This document shows, in pieces, positions 27,898-36,915 of a stretch of 64,000 nt of DNA; position 1 is the stretch's first letter, and each line of letters starts with the position of its first letter. The notes under the pieces are model-generated. The model was not told the origin of the DNA. It saw only the letters and a program-made list of their open reading frames with translations, and searched no databases. The stretch comes from Salinibacterium sp. (lineage in GTDB: Bacteria; Actinomycetota; Actinomycetes; Actinomycetales; Microbacteriaceae): the NCBI GenBank assembly GCA_025351795.1, contig JANXVG010000046.1, forward strand, positions 23,052 through 87,051, given 5' to 3'. Both the position numbers and the translations under genes were made by a program.

Positions 27898-28005
27898 AGC
27901 GACCCTCCAGCCCTATGACGCAGCCGCCCGGTTACCAGGCGGTCAATCGCGCCTCTTTGCCCCACCGTAGTCCTGCTGGTAGGCAATGTCACGACCATGC
28001 AGGGT

Positions 28006-28689
28006 TTACTCACGAAGCCGTGGGGTGAATGCCAAAGTGGCGGCCCCGACGACCTCGCCACCCGCTGCACGAATGGCCCGTGCCGCCTCAGCGATGGTCG
28101 CCCCGGTGGTCAACACGTCATCGATGATAAGGAATCGACGACCGCCGAGCGGTGTTCGGGCACGTAGTGAGCCGCGCATATTCGTTGCGCGGTCTTCAAC
28201 GCCGAGCAACTTCTGCCGCGTGGCGGAACGCACCGAAACGAGCACTCGCGAAGCCCGATGGCCACCGTGTCTGAGCATGAGAGAAACCGGGTCGTACCCA
28301 CGCCGGCGATAGGCCGCGCGGCTTGACGGCACGGCCACTAACTCGACCCCGTCGCCGAGCGCGAGCCCACGGGTGACCGCTGCCGACAGCGGGATCGCGA
28401 GTGCACGTGCGACGTCAGTGCGGTTCTGTTCCTTCATCGCGAGGATGAGCCTCCGAACGATACCTTCATAGGTGAGTGCTGTGAAGACGGTGAGACCGCT
28501 CGCCGACGACCGCGGCGTGGTGACCGGCACGATAGCCGAGATGCAGGTGGTGCAGATCGAGCGGTCGTCTGCGCCGCACCCCCCACACTCGACGGGCATG
28601 AGCACAGCCCAGGCGTCGAGTAGCGCGCTCTTTAATCTCGCAATCACGTGCACATGGTGGCAGGTATTACCGTGATATGCGAGCGACAA
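28006..28689 (-). CDS. ComF-family phosphoribosyltransferase-domain protein
   Basis: N-terminal Cys cluster CGGCG...CTTC. The PRTase motif is FLIIDDVLTTGATIAEA. Confidence 0.8.
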   Translation of the reverse strand: MSLAYHGNTCHHVHVIARLKSALLDAWAVLMPVECGGCGADDRSICTTCISAIVPVTTPRSSASGLTVFTALTYEGIVRRLILAMKEQNRTDVARALAIPLSAAVTRGLALGDGVELVAVPSSRAAYRRRGYDPVSLMLRHGGHRASRVLVSVRSATRQKLLGVEDRATNMRGSLRARTPLGGRRFLIIDDVLTTGATIAEAARAIRAAGGEVVGAATLAFTPRLRE

Positions 28690-28709
28690 TCAACTTTCTG
28701 TGGAGATCG

Positions 28710-30422
28710 CTACTGTTGCGTCGCAAGGAGGGAGGCGCTAATACCCGTCGGCTGCCAGCCCCCGCTGCCCTGTGTCTGCAGAATCGCGCCGCTTGAGAGA
28801 ACACGAATGCCGTCTGCTCTCCCATTACCTCCGACGATGGTGACTCCACTGCCCGTGTCTCCGAGCGGTGCGCTAGGACCGCCTAGTTCGAGAGCGGTCA
28901 CGAGTGTAGACGCGCCCACCCCGTACATCGCCGCGACCGTTCGACTGTCAACCCACGCGGCATCGATCGCCGACCCAGCTGAAACCGGGAGGTCGTAGAG
29001 CTGACCGAGACTCGTGGGCACGCCGGATGCTCGAATAATGCCGGCCACTACGAGCCGCGCTCCGACGTTCGTCTGGAAGTAGAGCAGGATTCGGGTGCCA
29101 TCGCGCGACACCTTGGCTGAGGCGATCCTGGCATCCACTGGCAGATTTGACGCGATCGCATGCTGAACGCCGTCGAACCCGAAGGTGGTAAGCGAGGACG
29201 CACTCGACGCTTGCGCTGACCACACAAAACCGAGAGAGTCGATCGAGGGCACGATCAGTTGCGGTCGAGCGTCGACGAGCACCGGAGTGGCGTTACCCGC
29301 GATCACAATCGACACTCCGGCTGGACTCAGCACGGCGGCGGCTCGCTTATCCGACGACAGCGAAACCCCGAGGGCGCCGAGGGTCACCACCCGATCGCTA
29401 ATCCCGGCGATGGAGGCCACCCCACCCGTGGCGCCCGCGAACCCGAAGACTGGACTCGCGCCATCCTTGGTGAACTCGATGAGCGGCGAACTCTCGACCG
29501 TGGGGTTCTGCACAGCGACAGTGGAGCTCGTGTCAGGTAGCTGCAGCGCAATGCCGCCGACCGTAATCACCACCGTGGATACCAGCCCGGTCAGCGTGCC
29601 GAGCGTTGCCGCAAGCTGTTGCCGCATTCGGTCGCGCTGGGTCTGATCGGAGACGGTAGCCTCACTCGACAAATCAACGGTCGCTGTTCCCGAGCGGATA
29701 TCCACCGACTTCGCAAGCGTCGTTGCCGACGGGAACTCACTCAGCACCACGCCAGACTGTAGCCAGACCGTTGGACCGGAGAGCAGTGAACGCACAATGC
29801 GATCGGGGGTCGTGGATCGCGACGGGAACCAACGCACGTCGGGAACCAGGAAGCGATACGTTGGGTCGAAGAAGTACAGCGGGTGCTCGTCGAACACGCC
29901 ATCGAAACTGTTTTGAGACAGCACAATGCCGTCGGGCGCCGCGCTGATACGCCACTCACCGCCCACTTTCGTGAACGAGTACGAGCGCATCTGGCTCGCC
30001 GACTGGGCGAACTCAGAATAGACACCGGTCTCGTCCACTTTGGCAGTGACTGTCGCCGTGTAGTGAAGAGCGTCATCGGTCACGCGGCTGATGGTGGTCG
30101 CCCCCGTGCGAATCACCACGCCGTTGTCTGGATGCCAGGTGTTCTTGAGCGTTGCAGTGAGAAAGAGCTTGGCTATCGCATAGTCGTTCGCTGGGCTGTT
30201 CGCTGCGGTAATAAAGTCCTGCAGGATCTCTTCCTGCGCCGCCCCTGGCTGCGGTCCATTCGCAAGCGGGATGAAACCGCCGGTGCCCGTGGTAGTGATC
30301 GGCGGTCCAGCAACCACACCGCCGGAGGTGGGGATGCCGACGCACCCGGCGAGCGCAACGACAACGGCGAACGACAGAGCAACGAGCACGGCGCGCTTAC
30401 CCATCAATGGCCTCCAGCTCAT
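28710..30422 (-). CDS. lpqB: Lipoprotein LpqB (GerMN + beta-propeller)
   Basis: Signal peptide plus lipobox VVALAGCVG. Size and position directly downstream of mtrB fit, and it overlaps the mtrB stop. Confidence 0.85.
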   Translation of the reverse strand: MSWRPLMGKRAVLVALSFAVVVALAGCVGIPTSGGVVAGPPITTTGTGGFIPLANGPQPGAAQEEILQDFITAANSPANDYAIAKLFLTATLKNTWHPDNGVVIRTGATTISRVTDDALHYTATVTAKVDETGVYSEFAQSASQMRSYSFTKVGGEWRISAAPDGIVLSQNSFDGVFDEHPLYFFDPTYRFLVPDVRWFPSRSTTPDRIVRSLLSGPTVWLQSGVVLSEFPSATTLAKSVDIRSGTATVDLSSEATVSDQTQRDRMRQQLAATLGTLTGLVSTVVITVGGIALQLPDTSSTVAVQNPTVESSPLIEFTKDGASPVFGFAGATGGVASIAGISDRVVTLGALGVSLSSDKRAAAVLSPAGVSIVIAGNATPVLVDARPQLIVPSIDSLGFVWSAQASSASSLTTFGFDGVQHAIASNLPVDARIASAKVSRDGTRILLYFQTNVGARLVVAGIIRASGVPTSLGQLYDLPVSAGSAIDAAWVDSRTVAAMYGVGASTLVTALELGGPSAPLGDTGSGVTIVGGNGRADGIRVLSSGAILQTQGSGGWQPTGISASLLATQQ

Positions 30423-31989
30423 CTGGCGGCAGCTCGAGTGGCGAGCTCGTGAGCTCAGCCCCGCGCGTGCGTGGCAGGGTCAGTCGAAAGCATGATCCCT
30501 GACCCGGGCTCGACCAGACCTGAAGCCAACCACCGTGGAGTGCTGCGTCCTCAAGCGAAATCGCGAGGCCAAGGCCGGTACCTCCCGTGACGCGCTGGCG
30601 AGACGGGTCTGCGCGCCAAAATCGGTCGAAGACGCGCTCCATAGCGGCAGGCGTCATTCCCACTCCGTAGTCGCGCACGGCGATCGCGACAGCGGCGGAA
30701 TCACTGTCGACGTGAACAATGATGGGCCTTCCCTCACCGTGGTCGATCGCGTTGCCGAGCAGGTTCTGCAGAATGCGGCGGATGCGGCGAGCGTCGACCT
30801 CGGCCTCAAAGTACCCGCCGGGCGCTACGAGTCGCAGTTCAGAACCCTTGGACGTCGCGAGAGTCTCCACCGAGTCGATCGCCTCTTCGACCAAGCGCAC
30901 GAGGTTCGTGGGCTCTGCTTCCATATCCACCGCCCCGGCGTCGTATCTGCTCATCTCGAGCAAGTCAGCGAGCAGAATCTCGAATCTCTCGATCTGCGTG
31001 TGCAGCAGTTCGGCTGTGCGTGCCGTTGCCTGCGGAAAGGTGCTTCGCTGGTCGTAGAGAACGTCGCCGGCCAAGCGGATGGTGGTGAGGGGCGTACGTA
31101 ATTCGTGGGAGACATCCGACACGAAACGCTGTTGCACTTGCGAGAGGGTGGCCAAGCGGGTGATCTGCTTTTGCAAGCTATTCGCCATGCCGTTGAACGA
31201 GCGCGCGAGGGTGGCGATCACGTCGTCGCCTTTCTCCGGGATGCGCACCTCCAGCTGCCCAGCGGCGAGCTTCTCGCTCGTCTCGGCTGCGAGTTGCACC
31301 GGCGCGACAACGAGCCGCACCACCACGTAGGTGACCGCTCCAATGAGCACGATGAGGGCGAGTCCGCCCAGCAGGAGCGTCTGTTGCACGAATGCGAGGG
31401 TCTGCTGCACGTCGCTGAGGTTGTAGATCAGGTAAAACTCATACTTAGAGTCGCGGATGGTCAGCAGCGACCCGACGACGAGCCCGGGCGAGACGGTATT
31501 GTCGGCAGCGGTCAGCGCGATCGACTGGGAGAACGGGCGCTTCTCGCTGCTCTTCGATGACGCCGCCACGACCTTCCTCAGGTCGTCGGGAATGAGTTCC
31601 TTGGCATCACCCGTGCTGCCGACATCCGACACCACTCGCACGCCCTCCTGAGGTTGCGAGCGCTCGATCACCCAGGCGACGCCGCCCACCTTGTTCGCGA
31701 CATCCGCCGCACCTTGCATGGTGACCTCAAGGTCCACAGTGCCAGGCTGCTCGGCAGCGCTGAGAAACACGCGCTGCGCAGACACGGTCGCATTCGCCGA
31801 CGTCTTAACGAGTTGGTCACGCCTGGCATCGAAAAGGTTGGTGCCCACGCTCACCGACATGTATCCGCCGATCACCGCCACAGCGAACGCGGAGAGAACC
31901 ACGGTGATCGCCACGGTACGCAACTGCAACGACGAGCGCCACAGCTTGACGAGACGACGAAGCCACGCCCGCCAGTCGAAATCGCGCAT
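30397..31989 (-). CDS. mtrB: Sensor histidine kinase MtrB
   Basis: Two TM segments, HAMP, H-box FVSDVSHELRTPLTTI, and N/G boxes LLGNAIDH, DYGVGM, GGTGLGLAI. It starts 6 nt after mtrA. Confidence 0.9.
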   Translation of the reverse strand: MRDFDWRAWLRRLVKLWRSSLQLRTVAITVVLSAFAVAVIGGYMSVSVGTNLFDARRDQLVKTSANATVSAQRVFLSAAEQPGTVDLEVTMQGAADVANKVGGVAWVIERSQPQEGVRVVSDVGSTGDAKELIPDDLRKVVAASSKSSEKRPFSQSIALTAADNTVSPGLVVGSLLTIRDSKYEFYLIYNLSDVQQTLAFVQQTLLLGGLALIVLIGAVTYVVVRLVVAPVQLAAETSEKLAAGQLEVRIPEKGDDVIATLARSFNGMANSLQKQITRLATLSQVQQRFVSDVSHELRTPLTTIRLAGDVLYDQRSTFPQATARTAELLHTQIERFEILLADLLEMSRYDAGAVDMEAEPTNLVRLVEEAIDSVETLATSKGSELRLVAPGGYFEAEVDARRIRRILQNLLGNAIDHGEGRPIIVHVDSDSAAVAIAVRDYGVGMTPAAMERVFDRFWRADPSRQRVTGGTGLGLAISLEDAALHGGWLQVWSSPGQGSCFRLTLPRTRGAELTSSPLELPPDELEAIDG

Positions 31990-31995
31990 GATTTC

Positions 31996-32676
31996 CTAGG
32001 TAGTGGCGCCTGCGCGGTAGCCGACGCCTCGAACGGTCATGACAATTTGCGGGTTATCTGGATCTTCCTCGACTTTGGCGCGCAAGCGCTGAACGTGCAC
32101 ATTCACGAGGCGCGTGTCTGCCTTGTAGTGATAGCCCCACACCTGCTCGAGGAGCATCTCGCGAGTGAAAACCTGCTGCGGCTTGAGGGCGAGGGCGAGC
32201 AGCAACTCGAACTCGAGTGGTGTGAGGTTGACTTTCGTTTCGCCGCGCTTGACTTCGTGGCCGGCGACATCCACTACGAGGTCGCCCACGTGCAACACGC
32301 CGGTCGACGACTCGGGCGTGGGTCGCAGACGGGCACGGATGCGCGCAACAAGTTCCTTGGGGTTGAACGGCTTCACGACGTAGTCGTCTGCGCCGCTCTC
32401 GAGGCCCTTCACGACATCCGACGTGTCGCTCTTGGCGGTGAGCATGATGATGGGCACGCCAGACTCATCACGGATGCGCGCGCACACCTCGATGCCGCTG
32501 ATGCCGGGCAGCATCAGATCGAGCAGCACGAGGTCGGGCGTACACGCGTGAAAGGCATCCACAGCTCCGGTGCCGTCTGCGCAGAACGACGGCTCAAAGC
32601 CTTCGGTGCGCAGCACGATTCCGATCATTTCCGCTAGAGCGGTGTCGTCGTCGACTACAAGAATTCGTGCGTTCAC
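31996..32676 (-). CDS. mtrA: OmpR-family response regulator MtrA
   Basis: The GTG at 32676 (VNARILVVDDD, preceded by GAGGG) gives 226 aa. There is a receiver domain plus a winged-helix domain (VHVQRLRAKVE...IVTVRGVGY). Confidence 0.93.
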   Translation of the reverse strand: MNARILVVDDDTALAEMIGIVLRTEGFEPSFCADGTGAVDAFHACTPDLVLLDLMLPGISGIEVCARIRDESGVPIIMLTAKSDTSDVVKGLESGADDYVVKPFNPKELVARIRARLRPTPESSTGVLHVGDLVVDVAGHEVKRGETKVNLTPLEFELLLALALKPQQVFTREMLLEQVWGYHYKADTRLVNVHVQRLRAKVEEDPDNPQIVMTVRGVGYRAGATT

Positions 32677-32792
32677 TCGCCCTCGCAAAGAGATCGGCCC
32701 CGCTGGGGAGCTTTCGCACAAGAGTAGTCGAGTGTGAAAGCATTATCGCGAGCCACGTACGCGGGCCATAAACACTCGAGGAGCATCAACAG

Positions 32793-34055
32793 TTGACCGA
32801 CAGTACATCGTGGCAGTCACCAGCCGGACCAGATCCGAAAGCGACAACCACGCCACCCGCGTTTACTCCGCCCGGCCCTGCTGTCACTTCGTCTGACTCT
32901 CCTGTACAGGGTGCTTCCGAGTATGAGCCGCCCACACCCCACTACTTACCACCGGTTGCGCCAACCGCCGCGTTTACAGCCCACGCTAGTGCGCCACGGT
33001 GGACGCCGCCGCCGAAACCCGGCCTCATTCCGCTGCGTCCATTGACTCTCGGTGCGATCCTCGGTGCCTCATTTCAGGTCCTCAGGCGCAACCCCCGACC
33101 CACTTTTGGGTTCTCGCTGATCCTCAATGGCATCATCGGTATTCTGTCGCTCGGGGTGGTCGGGCTGGTGACGGTCTATGGATTCACTCGAGCGTCCATC
33201 GCCTCCGCTGGCGATCAGCAGCAGGTGATCGCCGGTTCAGTGGGGCAGGGAATCCTCGCGTTCCTCGTTCCCGTCGCGCTCTCGGTAGTCACCGCGGCCA
33301 TGCTTCAGGGCATCATTGCTCTCGAGGTGGCACGTGGCACCGTGGGTGAGAAGCTCAAACTCGGCGGGCTCTGGCGCCAGGCGCGAGGGCGCATCGGTGC
33401 CCTGATCGGATGGTCGTTCATTCTCGTCGGCCTGGTCACTACCGTAATTCTGGTGCTCGGGCTTCTGGTGGGACTCCTCATCGCCTTCGGTGGCCCTGCT
33501 GGCACGGTAGCTGGCATCATTCTGGCCGTGCTGCTGGCGCTCGGTCTCGTCGTGCTGTTCGTCTGGACCGGAACGCGCGTTTCGCTCGTCCCGAGCGCCC
33601 TCGTGCTTGAGCGGCTGCCCCTCCGCGCGGCAGTCGCGCGCTCGTGGACACTCACCACAGGGTTTTTTTGGCGAACATTCGGCATCGAGTTGCTAGTCTG
33701 GACCATTCTCTCGACGGCATCCCAAGTAATCACAGCGCCAATTTCACTCATCCTCGGGCTTGGCTCTTCGGTCATCAACCCCAACGGTGATCCGACCGGG
33801 TTCGTCGTTCTCGCCGGCGCCACGTATGTGCTCGCGTTCCTCGTCACTCTGGTCTTCGGTGCCATCACGTCCGTTGTGGAATCGGCGACGGCGGCGCTGC
33901 TATATATCGATCTGCGGATGCGCAAAGAAGGCCTCGACCTCGACCTGAGCCGTTTCGTCGAAGCACGTCAGCGCGGCGACGCGAGTGTGGCTGACCCCTT
34001 TCTCGCGACCAGCGGGTTGCCGTCACGCCAGACCGGCGACCCGCCATCCACATGA
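32793..34055 (+). CDS. Polytopic membrane protein with Pro-rich N-terminus; first gene of the MoxR module
   Basis: 420 aa. About 90 aa are Pro/Thr/Ala-rich, followed by 6-7 TM helices. Its stop overlaps the next start (ATGA). Confidence 0.6.
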   Translation: MTDSTSWQSPAGPDPKATTTPPAFTPPGPAVTSSDSPVQGASEYEPPTPHYLPPVAPTAAFTAHASAPRWTPPPKPGLIPLRPLTLGAILGASFQVLRRNPRPTFGFSLILNGIIGILSLGVVGLVTVYGFTRASIASAGDQQQVIAGSVGQGILAFLVPVALSVVTAAMLQGIIALEVARGTVGEKLKLGGLWRQARGRIGALIGWSFILVGLVTTVILVLGLLVGLLIAFGGPAGTVAGIILAVLLALGLVVLFVWTGTRVSLVPSALVLERLPLRAAVARSWTLTTGFFWRTFGIELLVWTILSTASQVITAPISLILGLGSSVINPNGDPTGFVVLAGATYVLAFLVTLVFGAITSVVESATAALLYIDLRMRKEGLDLDLSRFVEARQRGDASVADPFLATSGLPSRQTGDPPST

Positions 34056-34699
34056 TGCGTGTGTTCCCGTTCGATATCCCGGTCAACCCCGATGCACCGC
34101 CCGCTCGTGAGTGGCTCATCGAAGAACTGTCGAAACCGCAATATCAGGCCGCAAAACCTTCGCTATTCGACCAGATCGTGTCGGCGATCTGGAAGTGGAT
34201 CACATCTCTGCATGTCGGCGCGATCAGCGGCCCGCCAGCGCTCGGCATCGCAGTTCTGATCGGTGCAATCATCGCGGCCCTCGTCACGACGTTTGTGATC
34301 TTCGGCGTTCCCCGATTGAATCGTGCAAGCGCGGTCACTGGCAGCTTGTTCGGCGAAGACGACGCGCGCAACGCGGCGGCGATGCGCGCGGCTGCAGTCG
34401 ACGCGGCACGTCAGGGAGACTTCACATCGGGCATCGTCGAGATGTTCCGATCGATCGCGCGCGGACTCGCCGAGCGCACCGTTCTGGTCACCAGCCCGGG
34501 CACGACGGCGCGCGACTTTTCGGTGCGTGCCGGGCTGGCATTCCCCGAATCGACCGAGGCGCTCACCACCGCCGCCACCGCCTTCGACGCGGTGCGATAC
34601 CTCGGTCGGCGAGGCGACGCCCGCCAATTCGAGCAGTTGTCGACTCTCGAACGCGAACTGCGCACCACGAAGCCCCAGCGCGAGCCGGCACTTACGTGA
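34052..34699 (+). CDS. DUF4129-domain membrane protein
   Basis: PDAPPAREWLIEELSKPQYQ, one TM, then a helical C-terminal domain (ARDFSVRAG...AFDAVRYLGR), as in DUF4129 proteins. Confidence 0.65.
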   Translation: MMRVFPFDIPVNPDAPPAREWLIEELSKPQYQAAKPSLFDQIVSAIWKWITSLHVGAISGPPALGIAVLIGAIIAALVTTFVIFGVPRLNRASAVTGSLFGEDDARNAAAMRAAAVDAARQGDFTSGIVEMFRSIARGLAERTVLVTSPGTTARDFSVRAGLAFPESTEALTTAATAFDAVRYLGRRGDARQFEQLSTLERELRTTKPQREPALT

Positions 34700-35889
34700 C
34701 GACGATGATCGACTCGGATGCCGCATCCGTTGTCACACCTACCGTGCGCTCGGTCTTACGCCGCGCGCTGTTCTGGATAGCGATGGCTGTGGTGGCCATC
34801 GGGCTATTGCTCGCGGTCGTCGTGATTTCACGCGCAGGTGGATCGAGCATCCGGTTGTCATCGACGAACGCGGCACCCCAGGGCGCTGAGGCTCTCGCGA
34901 CAGTGCTCGCCGATCACGGGGTTGCGGTGACGGCAGCGTCGAGTCTGACGAACGCTGCTGCGGCAATCACTAATCCCGGCGAAACGACCCTGCTCCTCTA
35001 CGACGATGGCGCGTTTCTCACCGATAGCCAGCTCGAACGCGCGGCCAGTCTCGCTGGCACGGTAGTGCTTGTCGACCCGTCGTTCCGGCAGCTCAAGGCG
35101 ACCGCTCCCGAACTCGGCCAAGCTGGCCCGGTATCAGGAGCGCTGAAAGCCGACTGCGGGCTCACGGCCGCCACGAAGGCGGGATCGGTATCTGGCGGCG
35201 GATTTGGTTACCGCATCATCGACCCGACGGTCGACGCGATCACCTGCTTCGGTAGTGGTGACGCGGTCTTCTCGCTCATCCAACTGCATCGCACGGCTGG
35301 CACATTTATCGTGCTCGGCACTACGGATGCCCTCACCAACGAGTTCATCGCTCATGACGGAAATGCGGCCCTGGCCCTCAACCTACTGGGCTCGCAGAAG
35401 AACCTGGTCTGGTACATCCCGACGATCGCCGACGTGACCGCGGCGTCCGGCCCGACGACCGCCGACCTGACGCCTTCCTGGGTCATCCCCTCACTTGCGC
35501 TGCTCGCCGTCGCCGGGCTTGCCGGCGGGCTGTGGCGCGGGCGGCGGTTCGGCCCGCTCATCATCGAGAACCTGCCAGTGACGGTGCGCGCGAGCGAGAC
35601 GATGCAGGGGCGTGCACGACTGTATGAGAAGAGTTCGTCGCGGTTGCGCGCGCTCGACGCCCTGCGCATCGGCATGATTGATCAGTTGATACCAATCGTG
35701 GGGCTCCCCCGGGTGTCGACGGTTGATGAGGTTGTGACGAGCGTGGCCACGATCACTCAACAGCCGCTCGCGCAGATACGACGCGTGCTCGTCGACGCCG
35801 CGCCGAGATCCGATGTCGAACTGGTCAGGCTCTCTGACGAGCTTGTGATCCTGGAACACGCGGTGACCACCGCAGTACGGCCAGACTGA
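34696..35889 (+). CDS. DUF4350-like membrane-anchored protein
   Basis: The start is set at GTG 34696 (GTGA overlap) or ATG 34705. The 592-aa track ORF from 34111 is an Arg-rich off-frame extension. N-terminal TM, then PQGAEALATVLADHGVAV...LLLYDD...ALALNLLG. Confidence 0.6.
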   Translation: MTTMIDSDAASVVTPTVRSVLRRALFWIAMAVVAIGLLLAVVVISRAGGSSIRLSSTNAAPQGAEALATVLADHGVAVTAASSLTNAAAAITNPGETTLLLYDDGAFLTDSQLERAASLAGTVVLVDPSFRQLKATAPELGQAGPVSGALKADCGLTAATKAGSVSGGGFGYRIIDPTVDAITCFGSGDAVFSLIQLHRTAGTFIVLGTTDALTNEFIAHDGNAALALNLLGSQKNLVWYIPTIADVTAASGPTTADLTPSWVIPSLALLAVAGLAGGLWRGRRFGPLIIENLPVTVRASETMQGRARLYEKSSSRLRALDALRIGMIDQLIPIVGLPRVSTVDEVVTSVATITQQPLAQIRRVLVDAAPRSDVELVRLSDELVILEHAVTTAVRPD

Positions 35890-35921
35890 CCGGATGCCCG
35901 TCGCGATGAAAGAATGGCCGA

Positions 35922-36914
35922 ATGACTGACACCGAGCTGACAACTGACACCGAGCTGACGACCGACACCGAGCTGCGTAACGCATTTGCCACGGTGCGCG
36001 CGGAAGTGGGCAAAGCCGTCGTGGCCCAGGATGCCGCCGTCACAGGGCTGATGATCGCGCTGCTCGCGGGCGGTCACGTGTTGCTCGAGGGTGTGCCGGG
36101 CGTCGCGAAAACGCTCCTCGTGCGAACGCTAAGTCACACCCTCAAGCTCGATACCAAGCGCGTGCAGTTCACACCCGACCTCATGCCCGGAGATGTCACC
36201 GGCTCGCTCATCTACGACGCGAAGGCAGGAGAGTTCGATTTTCGTGAGGGCCCGGTGTTCACCAACATTCTGCTGGCCGACGAAATCAACCGCACGCCCC
36301 CCAAGACCCAGTCTGCGCTACTCGAGGCGATGGAAGAGCGGCAGGTCTCGGTGGACGGCGTGAGCCGCGCATTGCCGGTACCGTTCATGGTTGCGGCAAC
36401 CATGAACCCCATCGAGTACGAGGGCACATACACGCTGCCGGAGGCCCAGCTCGACCGCTTCCTGCTCAAGCTCGTGCTCGACCTGCCCGAGCGAGAGAAT
36501 GAGGTCGAGGTACTGAGGCGGCACTCGACCGGGTTCAATCCACGCGACCTGGCCGCTGCCGGTGTCAGCGCCGTGCTCGACGCACAGCAACTGGGGCGTG
36601 CGCAGGCAGCCGTCACCCAGGTCAGCGCGTCGCAGGATGTCATCGGCTACGCGGTCGACCTCGCGCGCGCCACTCGACAGAGCCCGTCTGTGAAGCTCGG
36701 GGTGAGCCCGCGAGGCACCACAGCGCTCCTCGCGGCAGCCAAGGCGTGGGCCTGGCTCAACGGATTCGACGCGATCACCCCCGATCACGTGCAGGCGATG
36801 GTACTTCCCGTGATGCGGCACCGCGTGCAATTGCGACCAGAGGCCGAGCTGGAAGGCATCTCGCCCGACGCCATTCTGCGCTCGATCCTGCAGCACGTTC
36901 AGGTGCCGATCTAA
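35922..36914 (+). CDS. moxR: MoxR-family AAA+ ATPase
   Basis: Walker A HVLLEGVPGVAKT. Walker B ILLADEINRTPPKTQSALLEAMEERQV. The ATMNPIEYEGTYTLPEAQLDRF signature is present. Confidence 0.93.
   Translation: MTDTELTTDTELTTDTELRNAFATVRAEVGKAVVAQDAAVTGLMIALLAGGHVLLEGVPGVAKTLLVRTLSHTLKLDTKRVQFTPDLMPGDVTGSLIYDAKAGEFDFREGPVFTNILLADEINRTPPKTQSALLEAMEERQVSVDGVSRALPVPFMVAATMNPIEYEGTYTLPEAQLDRFLLKLVLDLPERENEVEVLRRHSTGFNPRDLAAAGVSAVLDAQQLGRAQAAVTQVSASQDVIGYAVDLARATRQSPSVKLGVSPRGTTALLAAAKAWAWLNGFDAITPDHVQAMVLPVMRHRVQLRPEAELEGISPDAILRSILQHVQVPI
35925..35978 (+). repeat. In-frame 18-bp tandem repeat x3 at the moxR N-terminus (TDTELT-TDTELT-TDTELR)
   Basis: actgacaccgagctgaca / actgacaccgagctgacg / accgacaccgagctgcgt, immediately after the ATG. 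Confidence 0.95.
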
Positions 36915-36915
36915 C

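Noticed and set aside
34111-34695. 195-codon upstream extension of the DUF4350-like gene, overlapping the whole DUF4129 gene
   Set aside because: Off-frame Arg/His-rich translation. The DUF4129 frame has clear protein character and a GTGA-coupled start at 34696 fits. The same reasoning trims ahcY (45602-45763), galE (55261-55386), the DUF3499 gene (47494-47832), mtrA (32677-32721) and whiB1 (18774-18866).
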